A stretch of DNA of 64,000 bases from Neoechinorhynchus agilis. Taxonomy: Eukaryota; Animalia; Acanthocephala. The position numbers and the translations under genes were made by a program. The stretch is from positions 94,389-158,388 of the forward strand of contig CM121343.1 in the NCBI GenBank assembly GCA_051530055.1. The letters run 5' to 3'. The notes beneath the pieces were generated by a model. The model ran no database searches, was not told the origin of the DNA, and was given only the letters and a program-made list of their open reading frames with translations. Positions within the stretch are counted from its first letter, which is position 1, and each line of letters starts with the position of its first letter. Below are positions 24,712 to 36,692 of the stretch, piece after piece.

Positions 24712-27174
24712 ATGATCCAGCTACAAAAATTGCCTCGAAGCTTCTCACAATTCTCAACATCACCAATCGCAATAAATCTACTTGGTATTCAGATTAAAAA
24801 AGGAGACAACATCGGCATCAACATGCTCTGTCGAGATCCAAAAAAGAAACAACAAATGAAAAATATCCGTATCTGGTCTCACTTGTATACTCTTACAAGC
24901 TTCTTTTTTACACTTGTATCGATCGCAATGACTGCACTGTCGAATTTGTACATCCATTACTCACGTACGTCCGCTTCCAATAAGCTCAGAATAGCAATAG
25001 TCCAATCATTTATAATGAACGATTCTAGCTACTCTCGATTCTATAGAGTGCTGGATGCGTATGAAAACAACACTATCTGTGGACTCTTTAACCTAAAAAC
25101 TCTTGATCGTCTCTATAAAATTCCAGCCAGTAAACTAACAATTCCGTGCTTCATAGCGCTCAGCATTCTCACTATTATTCTAAGTCGTCGCAAGTCCTGC
25201 GGATGGTTCTGTGGTGGATACGTATCGATGCCGACTGTCTATAATCCGTTTAGTAAAGTCAATCGTTTTGAATCAGCAAGTGTCTTTGGAATCCTCGCTG
25301 TCGAAGTAGTTCACATCTTTGACGAATTTGTCTTTAATACTACAAATTACGTTAGTTATGGTCCACTCCTCGATCTGTTTAAACAAACCGGTCTCGTCGT
25401 TATGATCGGAGCTCGGTATTTCCCAATACTTGCAGCTCTTGAACTCGACCCTCCAAGTTTCGTTTGTTTTGGATTATCCGCTGCCTATGTATGGTTAGAA
25501 ATATATTGCAAAATGGCACTCGACGCATATTGTCCACCGAGAGTATCACTTCATATCAGCCAAGCTAAACTCGATCTCATCGCTCAGTCATACATGAACA
25601 AACAGTCGAATAACATGTCCAAAAATGGTTCGTACCATTCAACAAACCAAATGGATATTATGAATTTGTGGAATTTATTATGGCTATCTCACGATTCTAT
25701 AAGACTGAACATATTTAAACAGCTTCCATATTATTTCTTCTCATGTTTCTTGGCTGTAAGACTAACCTTGAAATTCGTCCTCGCCGCTTGCGCTAAAATT
25801 ATCAGGCTTAAAAATAGACGGACACAAGGAAATAGAGAATATTCTAAGATGCTAAATTCAACGACCATGCAGCAGCACCTTGCATCACATAGCAATGAAA
25901 TGAATTACGTCCAGCAACTTTTCCAAACAAGGTCACATCAGAGAACGGAATGGACGGCATTAAGTGGAGTCATCTCACTGGCCAAATTTGTTTATCCGTG
26001 GAACTCGTATTTCTCCTTTTCAAAACAAGTCGTCAATGTTTACATCATTGCGTTCACCCTAATCTATTACTTTACATTCTGGACGATCGAGAATTCCGAA
26101 CGTATTGTTGACCATGCTTTTAGACTCATACACCTCGGTCTGTTGTACACCTTTAGCCAAAATCCATCCAACGGCGACCTAACGTCCATTGCCGATCTTA
26201 AAAATAAAGCACAATATCGCATCGTCGAGGATTTAAGGATTATATCATCCATGACTGCTATTTTCTGCTGTTTTCAATTGTTTTTCGGGCTGAGACGATT
26301 CCAAAAACAAATGCTTTCCGCTTATAAAGGCAAATTCGATTCGATTCCGCCTAGAAGAAGGTTCAAAAACACGACAATATTATCGAAAGCCATGCATTAT
26401 CCAGGATACATGATTGGATATCTTATTTGGGGATACCTGTTTATGCTTGTTATATCGTTTACCATATTTGTTCTATTGAAGAATGTCGTTAAATTGACAG
26501 ATCTGATAGAAGCCCTGGCTCGATGGATCATTCCAATGCTCGTTCTACTCCTGCTAAAGTTAGTTCTCATCAAGATCTTGAGTAAGACTATTTTTACTCA
26601 AGATAGCGGTCGAAGTCTAGCTCTCAATAATACAAAATTTCTTTACGTATTTAACTACTTCAACTTCTTCTTCGATTGCTTCCTCGGTCTTCTCATGTGC
26701 ATATCAAGAGTGTCTCAAGCTTCCATTGCTGCTATATTACTGCTGTCACGACTCGATCAAAGCATGTTTGGAAGAGGTCTTGAGCTTTACGACAAAGGAT
26801 TCACCGCTTATGCTTGCTGGGTTCATCTTGAATCGGTACAAACACATCCCGTTCTTATCGTGTTTTGTGAAGTTGTTCGGTCGAAAATAATACTCCGCAG
26901 GGCTCATACATCACGATTGCTGGTTGAGTTCGACTATAAAGGCAGCGCTGCAAGTCTACAGGTCTACAAACAAACCATTGGATTGGAAATGGTAAAATAT
27001 ACTCGGAAACAGCGTGCATCTTTTAAATATTCATTGTTTCTGCTACTAGCCAAGAACCCATGGCTAACACAATTCAGAAAGCATCGACAAAAAGTAAATA
27101 AAAGAAAATCACGGTACACCTTAGAGGATACTTGGACGAGAATCAAAAGTGCTACTGCATTGTCCATCTCATAA
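24712..27174 (+). CDS. STRA6: STRA6/STRA6-like (RBPR2) multi-pass membrane protein, single exon
   Basis: ~820-aa multi-TM ORF with family motifs VYPWNSYFSF, HYPGYMIGYLIWGY, FNYFNFFFDCFLG, DKGFTAYACWVHLESVQTHPVLIVFC and LLLAKNPWLTQFRK. First ATG at 24712 (the ORF track starts at TTG 24625). Confidence 0.85.
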   Translation: MIQLQKLPRSFSQFSTSPIAINLLGIQIKKGDNIGINMLCRDPKKKQQMKNIRIWSHLYTLTSFFFTLVSIAMTALSNLYIHYSRTSASNKLRIAIVQSFIMNDSSYSRFYRVLDAYENNTICGLFNLKTLDRLYKIPASKLTIPCFIALSILTIILSRRKSCGWFCGGYVSMPTVYNPFSKVNRFESASVFGILAVEVVHIFDEFVFNTTNYVSYGPLLDLFKQTGLVVMIGARYFPILAALELDPPSFVCFGLSAAYVWLEIYCKMALDAYCPPRVSLHISQAKLDLIAQSYMNKQSNNMSKNGSYHSTNQMDIMNLWNLLWLSHDSIRLNIFKQLPYYFFSCFLAVRLTLKFVLAACAKIIRLKNRRTQGNREYSKMLNSTTMQQHLASHSNEMNYVQQLFQTRSHQRTEWTALSGVISLAKFVYPWNSYFSFSKQVVNVYIIAFTLIYYFTFWTIENSERIVDHAFRLIHLGLLYTFSQNPSNGDLTSIADLKNKAQYRIVEDLRIISSMTAIFCCFQLFFGLRRFQKQMLSAYKGKFDSIPPRRRFKNTTILSKAMHYPGYMIGYLIWGYLFMLVISFTIFVLLKNVVKLTDLIEALARWIIPMLVLLLLKLVLIKILSKTIFTQDSGRSLALNNTKFLYVFNYFNFFFDCFLGLLMCISRVSQASIAAILLLSRLDQSMFGRGLELYDKGFTAYACWVHLESVQTHPVLIVFCEVVRSKIILRRAHTSRLLVEFDYKGSAASLQVYKQTIGLEMVKYTRKQRASFKYSLFLLLAKNPWLTQFRKHRQKVNKRKSRYTLEDTWTRIKSATALSIS

Positions 27175-28779
27175 TATCAGGCTTTAAAGTTTGTAAGGGT
27201 GGCTTGATTGTGTAAAAAAATGCAGCCGTCTTCGATTGTTGGTATTCGAGCTTCCTTAGTCAATACTTTTTTCATTAGGTTACCCAATGAAACATTAGCG
27301 TATCGCGATAGGTTCCAGCAGTACCCGTGCAAATATATTCCTTAGACTACAATCTTAAAAAGAGAAACGGCTGAACTGACTCGGCCGATAAAGTTTCAAA
27401 CTGAATCCACTACTCTTCAACTGCTGCTATAGGAGAATTTTTATATTTTTTGCAGCCTAAAACAACAAATTTGACAAACAATAGTACCAAGTTTCAACAG
27501 GTTTGTTTAAGCCCTCGATGTTCCTAATGGATCGACGTGTGCAACGAATTTGACGATTTAGCAGTTCAAATAGAAAAAACGATAGTTCAAGGCTCAAAGA
27601 GTCTGGCTGTGGGCTCTCCCAAGTGGTCTTTATTCGTTGTAAATTCTGGGCCAAGAACGAAAACAAATTTTAAGATTTCAGCGTTCAAATGCACTACTAA
27701 AACGGTGGTGTCAATCTTCAAAAAGTCTGATTGAGCAGATGCTAATAAATGTTCTCCGCTAAAGCATTTGTTAACATTACAAATTTGAATTAAATACCCA
27801 ATGTTTGCTTTCGTCCAGAGTTTAACCAAAGGTTCGGTACCATAAATCCCAGAAAAGACAGCCTCTTGATGTATCGAATACTTTGATACTGATATAATTA
27901 GGCCATAATTGGTTGTCATCGATTGTGAAATGATGATTGATATCTTCCATTCAATTATCGGAAAAACCATCGTGCTCATGTTTCACTAGCACGCCTACCA
28001 GTTTTCTTAAGAACATTTAGTCGGGGGTAACGGAATTTCTGAACACCGCGCTCAAAGTATATCTTTCATGCAAATCATCCGTTCGGTTTGGAAACATTTC
28101 TCGTTCGGATAAATCGTCCGGTTATGTTCTAATCTACTTTAAAGTCATTATAAAAAGGTTGATACGTTTTACAGCAAAGAGAAGATATGCAATTGAAAGC
28201 ATTACACTTATTTTAAATTCGCGACAACTATTGCTTGTACATTTAATTGCTTATCTTACAGAAATATGCATTATCAAGTTCCTTTTAAGATTACATATAG
28301 GGAAATTACTAATGATAGTGGAAGCCTTTTTCCAGATAAAAGACAGTAGAAACGCATTTAGGCTTTATCGGATTTCTAAAGACTTGCATGAGTTTAATTG
28401 AGAGTCTAACAACACCTTCTGCTCTACGTTAAAGATCGAGACAAAATCCTTCAGGATTATAATCGCCACAACTCTACAACGTAAAATCAATCGGATGCCT
28501 GGTCCTCTAGGATTGCAGAAAATAAGCCTTGGAAAATCATCGAGTTAAACTCGAGGATCAGAAGCGTTCAAACAGGTTTGTGGCAGATCTGGGCTTTTAG
28601 AATAGGAGACATCGAGGACAGATTAAAGATCGATTTGTGTGGCCATACATGCAAAAGATAAAAAAGAAGAAGATAACATTACACCCAATGCAGAAAAAAT
28701 AGAAGGAATAAATTAGCCGATCTCAACTTTTTTGTTTTTAAACGCAAATGCCTACAATAGGAAATTTTATTTCCATCAA

Positions 28780-31736
28780 TTACTTTAATCTTATTAAAAG
28801 TTTTCTTTGCAGTCTATGTTGCAGCTCACCTCTCCTAATCATTGTGTGAATGACCTTGTAAACCATCTTCTCAGAGTGGTTCTAAAAAAATCAGTTTTAG
28901 AATGTGTTTAAATATACGGACTTTAAGTGATGCTTTCTTTAAATGTTCGAGTAAAAAAGGTCAAACCAAAAGTGTGGATGGTTGAATAAGAAGAAGGCGG
29001 GGCAGCATCACTAAAGTACATACTTGATGGCAAAGGAAACAAGTACCTGTTTGACCAAATCATCAACGATGGTCCTCTCGGTCACTTGGGAACCGACCAG
29101 GAACCGGCGTTTTATCTGCCGCTCAATACGATTCAAAGATTCCATTTCTTCACCCGTCGTCATTCCCTCAATCCCAGGTACGCTTCCTGACACCGCTGCA
29201 CTGTAAGTAGATACGACGAACAACCGAATCGCTTCGTCCACATCTCGACCAGTGGCAACATTCGACATTCGCATGCGTGCCAGAGCCTCTGATATCCTTA
29301 TTAGAGCTTCCAATTGTCTAAAGACTGGATTTTAGGTCGCATTGATTATTTTTGTAAAACAAACCTCACTGTAATTGTTATACTCATACGCCGTCCAATC
29401 TTTAATTCATGACTTAATGCGCCACTTCTCATCAAAACATATTGATTCCGTATAAGAATTTATCTCGAATAGATTGAAATTCAAAAAAATAACCATTAAA
29501 AATAGATTTTCACAAAAGCGTTTCGCTAGCATCATAGAGTTGACAGTTTTCGACGTGATTTAGCTTCAGATGAACGAAATAAGTCTAATTTTTAAGCATT
29601 GAAAAATGTTCTTAGGGGATTAGATAATGTTGTAAACCGAGACTGGGCATAAAAAGGGCAATGGATTAAAGTCTCCAAAATAAAAATTTGTACGAGATTA
29701 ATTCACTTAACCGTTCGCATGCTTCAGCATCCAATCTTGGAGACACGTGACTAAAAGGGCATTGTAGTTTTGTCCAAAAAAAGGGTGACATATTACCTTC
29801 TGCAATAGGCTATATATTTTCTAAACATATTGATTGATAACTGGGTTATCGTTTCATTTTCCTGCAGTTGGTTTATTTCTTTAGTCCCATCGACCGGATC
29901 TTTATTGTTTTCGGTGGTTTTATTAGAGACTGGTCCAGTCATATGAACCTTTATGACATGACGAGCCATTTCCATGTCTCGTTCATCATCATGGTCGTCT
30001 TTCATGATGAATATCATGTCGAATCTGGACAAGATGGTCGGCATAAAATCAATATTACTTTCTCCTTTGAGGTCATCCCATCTTCCATAAACGCTATTAG
30101 CAGCAGCAAGAACTGAACATCTAGTGTTCAAAGTGGACGTTATTCCCGCTTTAGCGATACTTATTGTTTGTTGTTCCATCGCTTCGTGAATGGCAACTCG
30201 GTCGTCCTCACGCATCTTATCGAACTCGTCGATACACACAACTCCACCGTCAGCTAAGACCATTGCACCGCCTTCCACGATGAAATTAGAAGTTTGACTA
30301 TCACGAACGATAGCTGCAGTTAATCCTGCAGCACTACTTCCTTTCCCTGAAGTATAGACGGCAATTGGAGCTACACGTTCCACGAATTTAAGCATTTGAC
30401 TTTTTGCAGTCCCTGGATCGCCTATTAAAAGAAGATTAATATCGCCGCGACGATATAGTCCATCCGGGAGACACTTTCTAGCGCCCCCAAACAAAAGACA
30501 AACGATTGCTTTTTTGGCATCATCCATTCCATAAATAGACGGAGCAAACGAACGAGTCAATATTCCATACACATCGCTGGAAGCAGCAATTTTCTGGAAT
30601 GCCTCAACATCTTTAGGATTAAAATCGACAACTGCTCCAATTGTATTATTAAAAGCCCCACCGCCAGCGTTTCCATCATCATCGTCTACTTCGCCATAAG
30701 TATGAACTTTCAAACCAAGAACCCGGAGATATGGTGGTCTAATACCAACGTTCGCTTTTACTTTAGCTGACTTGGTGGGTTGGCTAATAGCCGCTTTCCG
30801 GATAGAATATATACCGACGGCACTAATTCGGTTACCAGGACTTACACGATTAGCGAGTGTTCGGTCGCAGTATAGCAGCAAATGCCTCGGCATTTCACCA
30901 GAAGGGACATTTTCCGGTAGATCTTGGAGTTTTAGCATTTGATAATCCAGATAATCGCATTTATTGGGAAGTATAAAATATGGGTCCAATGCACACCCCG
31001 TTTGTGACATGGCACATCTTCTAGGAAGTTGGCATCCGTCCAACCCGGGTTTTATATAAATATTGGACAAGGTGGATCGGCAGCTTCGACATTGTGCCGT
31101 AATTCGTATAGCTTTTGAACGCACGTTGGTCGCTGAGATCACTATTCCGGTGATTTTGACTAGACTTGCCATATTTTCAGATTTTATATTTCTAATGCTT
31201 TGGATCGTCCCTTGTGTCCAATTCAGAGTAACTTGAACGGCTTTATGTACGTCATATTGTTCAATCTGTTGTTGATCTTCGTCCATTTCGAAATCTTCTT
31301 GAGGTTCTAATGTTTTATCGTCATCACTTGACCTCATAACTTCACTGACTATTAATCGACTAGCCTCTTCCATCGCTGGAACGACATCCTCCGGATGTAA
31401 TGTTAACAATTCATAGAATTCCTTATCAAAAGAAGCCAAATCAGTCAACTCGACATGTAAAAACCGCATATTACTAGCTATGTTGTTCTTTAAAGCTTTA
31501 CGGTATACAAAATGACCACTACGATTAAATGTCCGGATAAATGAACTCATTCGCTTCTCAATATCCACCTTATTAACGGCCGAATGCTGACGATAAGCAT
31601 CATGTCTTGAGTCCATAAACCCCGCTTCCACTCCACTGTCAACTGCCATCGCTCCACTTCCTACGTCCTGATAACTCTCCGAAACATAAATACCACCCAT
31701 GTCCAATCCGGTTCCTCCTGTAAATATACCCGACAT
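28780..31736 (-). CDS. MCM5: DNA replication licensing factor MCM5 (5 exons)
   Basis: Walker A GDPGTAKSQMLK, IDEFDKM, SRFD arginine finger, zinc-finger cysteines; C-terminus PRLDAEACERLRNQYVLMRSG..ITVRQLEALIRISE..RRGELQHRLQRKLLIRLK*. Confidence 0.97.
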
Positions 31737-31812
31737 TTTTTTCTATAGGTCCAACAATGGACAGCGCCCATCCATTCCCTTAAATAAATGTACAGAGAAA
31801 GAATGGGATGAA

Positions 31813-31820
31813 TGACGTCA
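31813..31820. promoter_or_regulatory. CRE/ATF palindrome TGACGTCA 77 bp upstream of the MCM5 ATG
   Basis: Perfect 8-bp palindrome in the short unique stretch between the MCM5 start and the satellite. Confidence 0.3.
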
Positions 31821-31821
31821 C

Positions 31822-34800
31822 CTCCGTCCTCACGTTATGTCGAGAACGTTGAGAGTTTGTGAGGTTTGGTCTCTGCTAGGTTCATTTCAAGTTATGATAT
31901 CCAAGAAGATTGGGCAGTATGGATCCAATCACAGGGAATCAATATTACTTTTAATCAAAATATTCGGTAAAGCTTATAAATACGATCTCCCACGTTATGT
32001 CGAATTATTGAACAAAATGCGGGTTTTCGAAGTGGATTACGGGTCCCGTCGAGTAAGGGAACGTTGGTGGTTATTGTTTCTAGGAGAGTTTGTGAGGTTG
32101 GGTCTCTCCTCAGGTTCATTTCAAGTTATGATATTTAAGAAGATTGGGCAGTATGGATCCAATCACAGGGAATCAATATTACTTTTAATCAAAATATTCG
32201 GTAAAGCTTATAAATTCGTCCACACGTTATGTCGAATTATTGAACAAAGAATACGGGTTTTTTCGAAGTGGATTACGGGTCCGGTCGAGTAAGGGAACGT
32301 TGGTGGTTATTGTTTCTAGGAGAGTGTGAGTTATAGTCTCTCCTCGGGTTCATTTCAAGTTATGATATCAAGAAGATTGGGCAGTATGGATCCAATCACA
32401 GGGAATCAATATTACTTTCAATCAAAATATTCGGTAAAGCATATAAATTCGTCCTCACGTTATGTCGAATTATTGAACAAAGAATACGGGTTTTTTCGAA
32501 GTGGATTACGGGTCCGGTCGTGTAAGGGAACGTTGGTGGTTATTGTTTCTAGGAGAGTGTGAGGTTGGGTCTCTCCTCAGGTTCATTTGAAGTTATGATA
32601 TCCAAGAAGATTGGGCAGTATGGATCCAATCACAGGGAATCAATATTACTTTCAATCAAAATATTCGGTAAAGCATATAAATTCGTCCTCACGTTATGTC
32701 GAATTATTGAACAAAGAATACGGGTTTTTTCGAAGTGGATTACGGGTCCCGTCGAGTAAGGGAACGTTGGTGGTTATTGTTTCTAGGAGAGTTTGTGAGG
32801 TTGGGTCTCTGCTCAGGTTCATTTCAAGTTATGATATCCAAGAAGATTGGGCAGTATGGATCCAATCACAGGGAATCAATATTACTTTCAATCAAAATAT
32901 TCGGTAAAGCATATAAATTCGTCCTCACGTTATGTCGAATTATTGAACAAAGAATACGGGTTTTTTCGAAGTGGATTACGGGTCCGGTCGAGTAAGGGAA
33001 CGTTGGTGGTTATTGTTTCTAGGAGAGTTTGTGAGGTTGGGTCTCTCCTCAGGTTCATTTCAAGTTATGATATCCAAGAAGATTGGGCAGTATGGATCCA
33101 ATCACAGGGAATCAATATTACTTTCAATCAAAATATTCGGTAAAGCTTATAAATTCGTCCTCACGTTATGTCGAATTATTGAACAAAGAATACGGGTTTT
33201 TTCGAAGTGGATTACGGGTCCGGTCGTGTAAGGGAACGTTGGTGGTTATTGTTTCTAGGAGAGTGTGAGGTTGGGTCTCTCCTCAGGTTCATTTCAAGTT
33301 ATGATATCCAAGAAGATTGGGCAGTATGGATCCAATCACAGGGAATCAATATTACTTTCAATCAAAATATTCGGTAAAGCATATAAATTTCGTCCTCACG
33401 TTATGTCGAATTATTGAACAAAGAATACGGGTTTTTTCGAAGTGGATTACGGGTCCCGTCGAGTAAGGGAACGTTGGTGGTTATTGTTTCTAGGAGAGTG
33501 TGAGGTTGGGTCTCTCCTCAGGTTCATTTCAAGTTATGATATCCAAGAAGATTGGGCAGTATGGATCCAATCACAGGGAATCAATATTACTTTTAATCAA
33601 AATATTCGGTAAAGCATATAAATTCGTCCTCACGTTATGTCGAATTATTGAACAAAGAATACGGGTTTTTTCGAAGTGGATTACGGGTCCGGTCGTGTAA
33701 GGGAACGTTGGTGGTTATTGTTTCTAGGAGAGTGTGAGGTTGGGTCTCTCCTCAGGTTCATTTCAAGTTATGATATCCAAGAAGATTGGGCAGTATGGAT
33801 CCAATCACAGGGAATCAATATTACTTTTAATCAAAATATTCGGTAAAGCATATAAATTCGTCCTCACGTTATGTCGAATTATTGAACAAAGAATACGGGT
33901 TTTTTCGAAGTGGATTACGGGTCCGGTCGTGTAAGGGAACGTTGGTGGTTATTGTTTCTAGGAGAGTGTGAGGTTGGGTCTCTCCTAGGTTCATTTCAAG
34001 TTATGATATCCAAGAAGATTGGGCAGTATGGATCCAATCACAGGGAATCAATATTACTTTTAATCAAAATATTCGGTAAAGCATATAAATACGTCCTCAC
34101 GTTATGTCGAATTATTGAACAAAGAATACGGGTTTTCGAAGTGGATTACGGGTCCGGTCGTGTTAAGGAACGTTGGTGGTTATTGTTTCTAGAGAGTGTG
34201 AGGTTGGGTCTCTCCTCAGGTTCATTTCAAGTTATGATATCCAAGAAGATTGGGCAGTATGGATCCAATCACAGGGAATCAATATTACTTTTAATCAAAA
34301 TATTCGGTAAAGCTTATAAATTCGTCCTCACGTTATGTCGAATTATTGAACAAAGAATACGGGTTTTTTCGAAGTGGATTACGGGTCCCGTCGTGTAAGG
34401 GAGCGTTGGTGGTTATTGTTTCTAGGAGAGTGTGAGGTTGGGTCTCTCCTCAGGTTCATTTCAAGTTATGATATCCAAGAAGATTGGGCAGTATGGATCC
34501 AATCACAGGGAATCAATATTACTTTCAATCAAAATATTCGGTAAAGCTTATAAATTCGTCCTCACGTTATGTCGAATTATTGAACAAAGAATACGGGTTT
34601 TTTCGAAGTGGATTACGGGTCCCGTCGAGTAAGGGAACGTTGGTGGTTATTGTTTCTAGGAGAGTTTGTGAGGTTGGGTCTCTGCTCAGGTTCATTTCAA
34701 GTTATGATATCCAAGAAGATTGGGCAGTATGGATCCAATCACAGGGAATCAATATTACTTTTAATCAAAATATTCGGTAAAGCTTATAAATTCGTCCACA

Positions 34801-35720
34801 CGTTATGTCGAATTATTGAACAAAGAATACGGGTTTTTTCGAAGTGGATTACGGGTCCCGTCGTGTAAGGGAACGTTGGTGGTTATTGTTTCTAGGAGAG
34901 TGTGAGGTTGGGTCTCTCCTCAGGTTCATTTCAAGTTATGATATTTAAGAAGATTGGGCAGTATGGATCCAATCACAGGGAATCAATATTACTTTTAATC
35001 AAAATATTCGGTAAAGCTTATAAATTCGTCCACACGTTATGTCGAATTATTGAACAAAGAATACGGGTTTTTTCGAAGTGGATTACGGGTCCGGTCGTGT
35101 AAGGGAACGTTGGTGGTTATTGTTTCTAGGAGAGTGTGAGGTTGGGTCTCTCCTCAGGTTCATTTCGAGTTATGATATCCAAGAAATTGGGCAGTATGGA
35201 TCAGTACGGGAATCAATATTACTTTTAATCAAAATATTCGGTAAAGCTTATAAATTCGTCCACACGTTATGTCGAATTATTGAACAAAGAATACGGGTTT
35301 TTCGAAGTGGATTACGGGTCCCGTCGAGTAAGGGAACGTTGGTGGTTATTGTTTCTAGGAGAGTGTGAGGTTTGGGTCTCTCTCCTCGGGTTCATTTCAA
35401 GTTATGATATCCAAGAAGATTGGAGCGTGTGGATTAATCACAGGGAATCAATATTACATTATCAAATATTCGGTAAAGCATATAAATTCGTCCACACGTT
35501 ATGTCGAATTATTGAACAAAGAATACGGGTTTTTTCGAAGTGGATTACGGGTCCGGTCGTGTTAAGGAACGTTGGTGGTTATTGTTTCAAGAGAGTGTGA
35601 GGTTTGGTCTCTGCTCAGGTTCATTTCAAGTTATGATATCCAAGAAGATTGGGCAGTATGGATTCAATCACAGGGAATCAATATTACTTTCAATCAAAAT
35701 ATTCGGTAAAGCATATAAAT
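31822..35720. repeat. Satellite array, 234-236-bp unit, ~16-17 copies
   Basis: Unit gggcagtatggatccaatcacagggaatc... recurs at 236- or 234-bp spacing (32611, 32847, 33083; 33500, 33734); edge copies are more diverged. Confidence 0.97.
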
Positions 35721-36270
35721 TTCCTCCGTTTCAATGCAAAGGATTTGTGATTGGGAAAGGTCGCAAAAGACGATGATAAAGTAAAGCTTGAGTAAAATTT
35801 AGAGAGATCGAGCGAAGGGATTCCTAAATGTCCGAGGTATTTGAAGAGGTCGATTTTAAAGGTATTGCGTTTGAGGGAAAGTGTAATGTGCGGATCCCAT
35901 TTTAGGTTTGATTGAAATTGGAGACCCAGAATCATGAGAAGGCGATTCGTTGGATGTCATTTGAAGGATCGGGTGAATGAGGGGATCATTTCGAAACATT
36001 TAGGAAAATTCAGGTAGAATTTGTGATTGGTGTAGAAATCTTTAAAGTTGATGATTTCGTTAGATGTTAAGGAGAGGGAGAGGTGGAAGTGTGATTGAGT
36101 GATGGGGTAAGAAAAGTTTAGAGTGTGATGAGAGAAAAGAAGTGGTGACAAGACGGAACCTTGAAGAACTCCTTTGGTGATCGAGGAGATAGAACGGCAG
36201 TGAATGTGTTGTTTGCGATTGTGAAGATAAGATTCGAGCCAGTGAATCTGCCACGAATTTAGGCGTCAAA
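35690..36270 (-). mobile_element. Decayed L2/CR1-group LINE RT C-terminal fragment running into the satellite
   Basis: KFVADSL (degenerate YxDD motif), YLNFPKCFEMIPSFTR, ILGLQFQSNLKWDPHI..LFKYLGHLGIPSLDLSKFY are collinear, with frameshifts. Confidence 0.75.
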
Positions 36271-36692
36271 AGGAATTTTATGAATATTTTAATGGTAAAA
36301 TAAAGGTGTATATTTAAAAATTGGGACGGAAATCGTTCCTTTATTTTGGATTTGGAATGAATTCGGGTTCACCAAATCGCAATATTGTGGATGATTCCTG
36401 AATAAAACCGTCTTAGTTTATAAATTGCGTCGGCTGCATGAACAATCCTATGTGAAATATTTGCGTTTTAAATCACTAAATAAAATTTTAGAGAATTTGG
36501 ATTCATGATAATGTTTGGTAATGATGAAATAAAAGCCTAATATATCTCATTTTTTAAAACATTATCTTCATGTCATTTTGATGAACGCTTTGTAGTAATA
36601 TTCATTTTCCTTATTAAAACTAAAGTTCATTAATTGTGAGTTTTCATCAACATAATAGACAATTTTTCAATAGACACAGCAAATGCCCATAT

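Noticed and set aside
28600-28665. Gypsy integrase-like DRFVWPYMQK
   Set aside because: Single short motif with no other LTR-element features nearby.
31837-35776. Many repeated 60-160 aa ORFs in the satellite
   Set aside because: By-products of the 234-236-bp periodicity; frames shift between units and there are no domain motifs.
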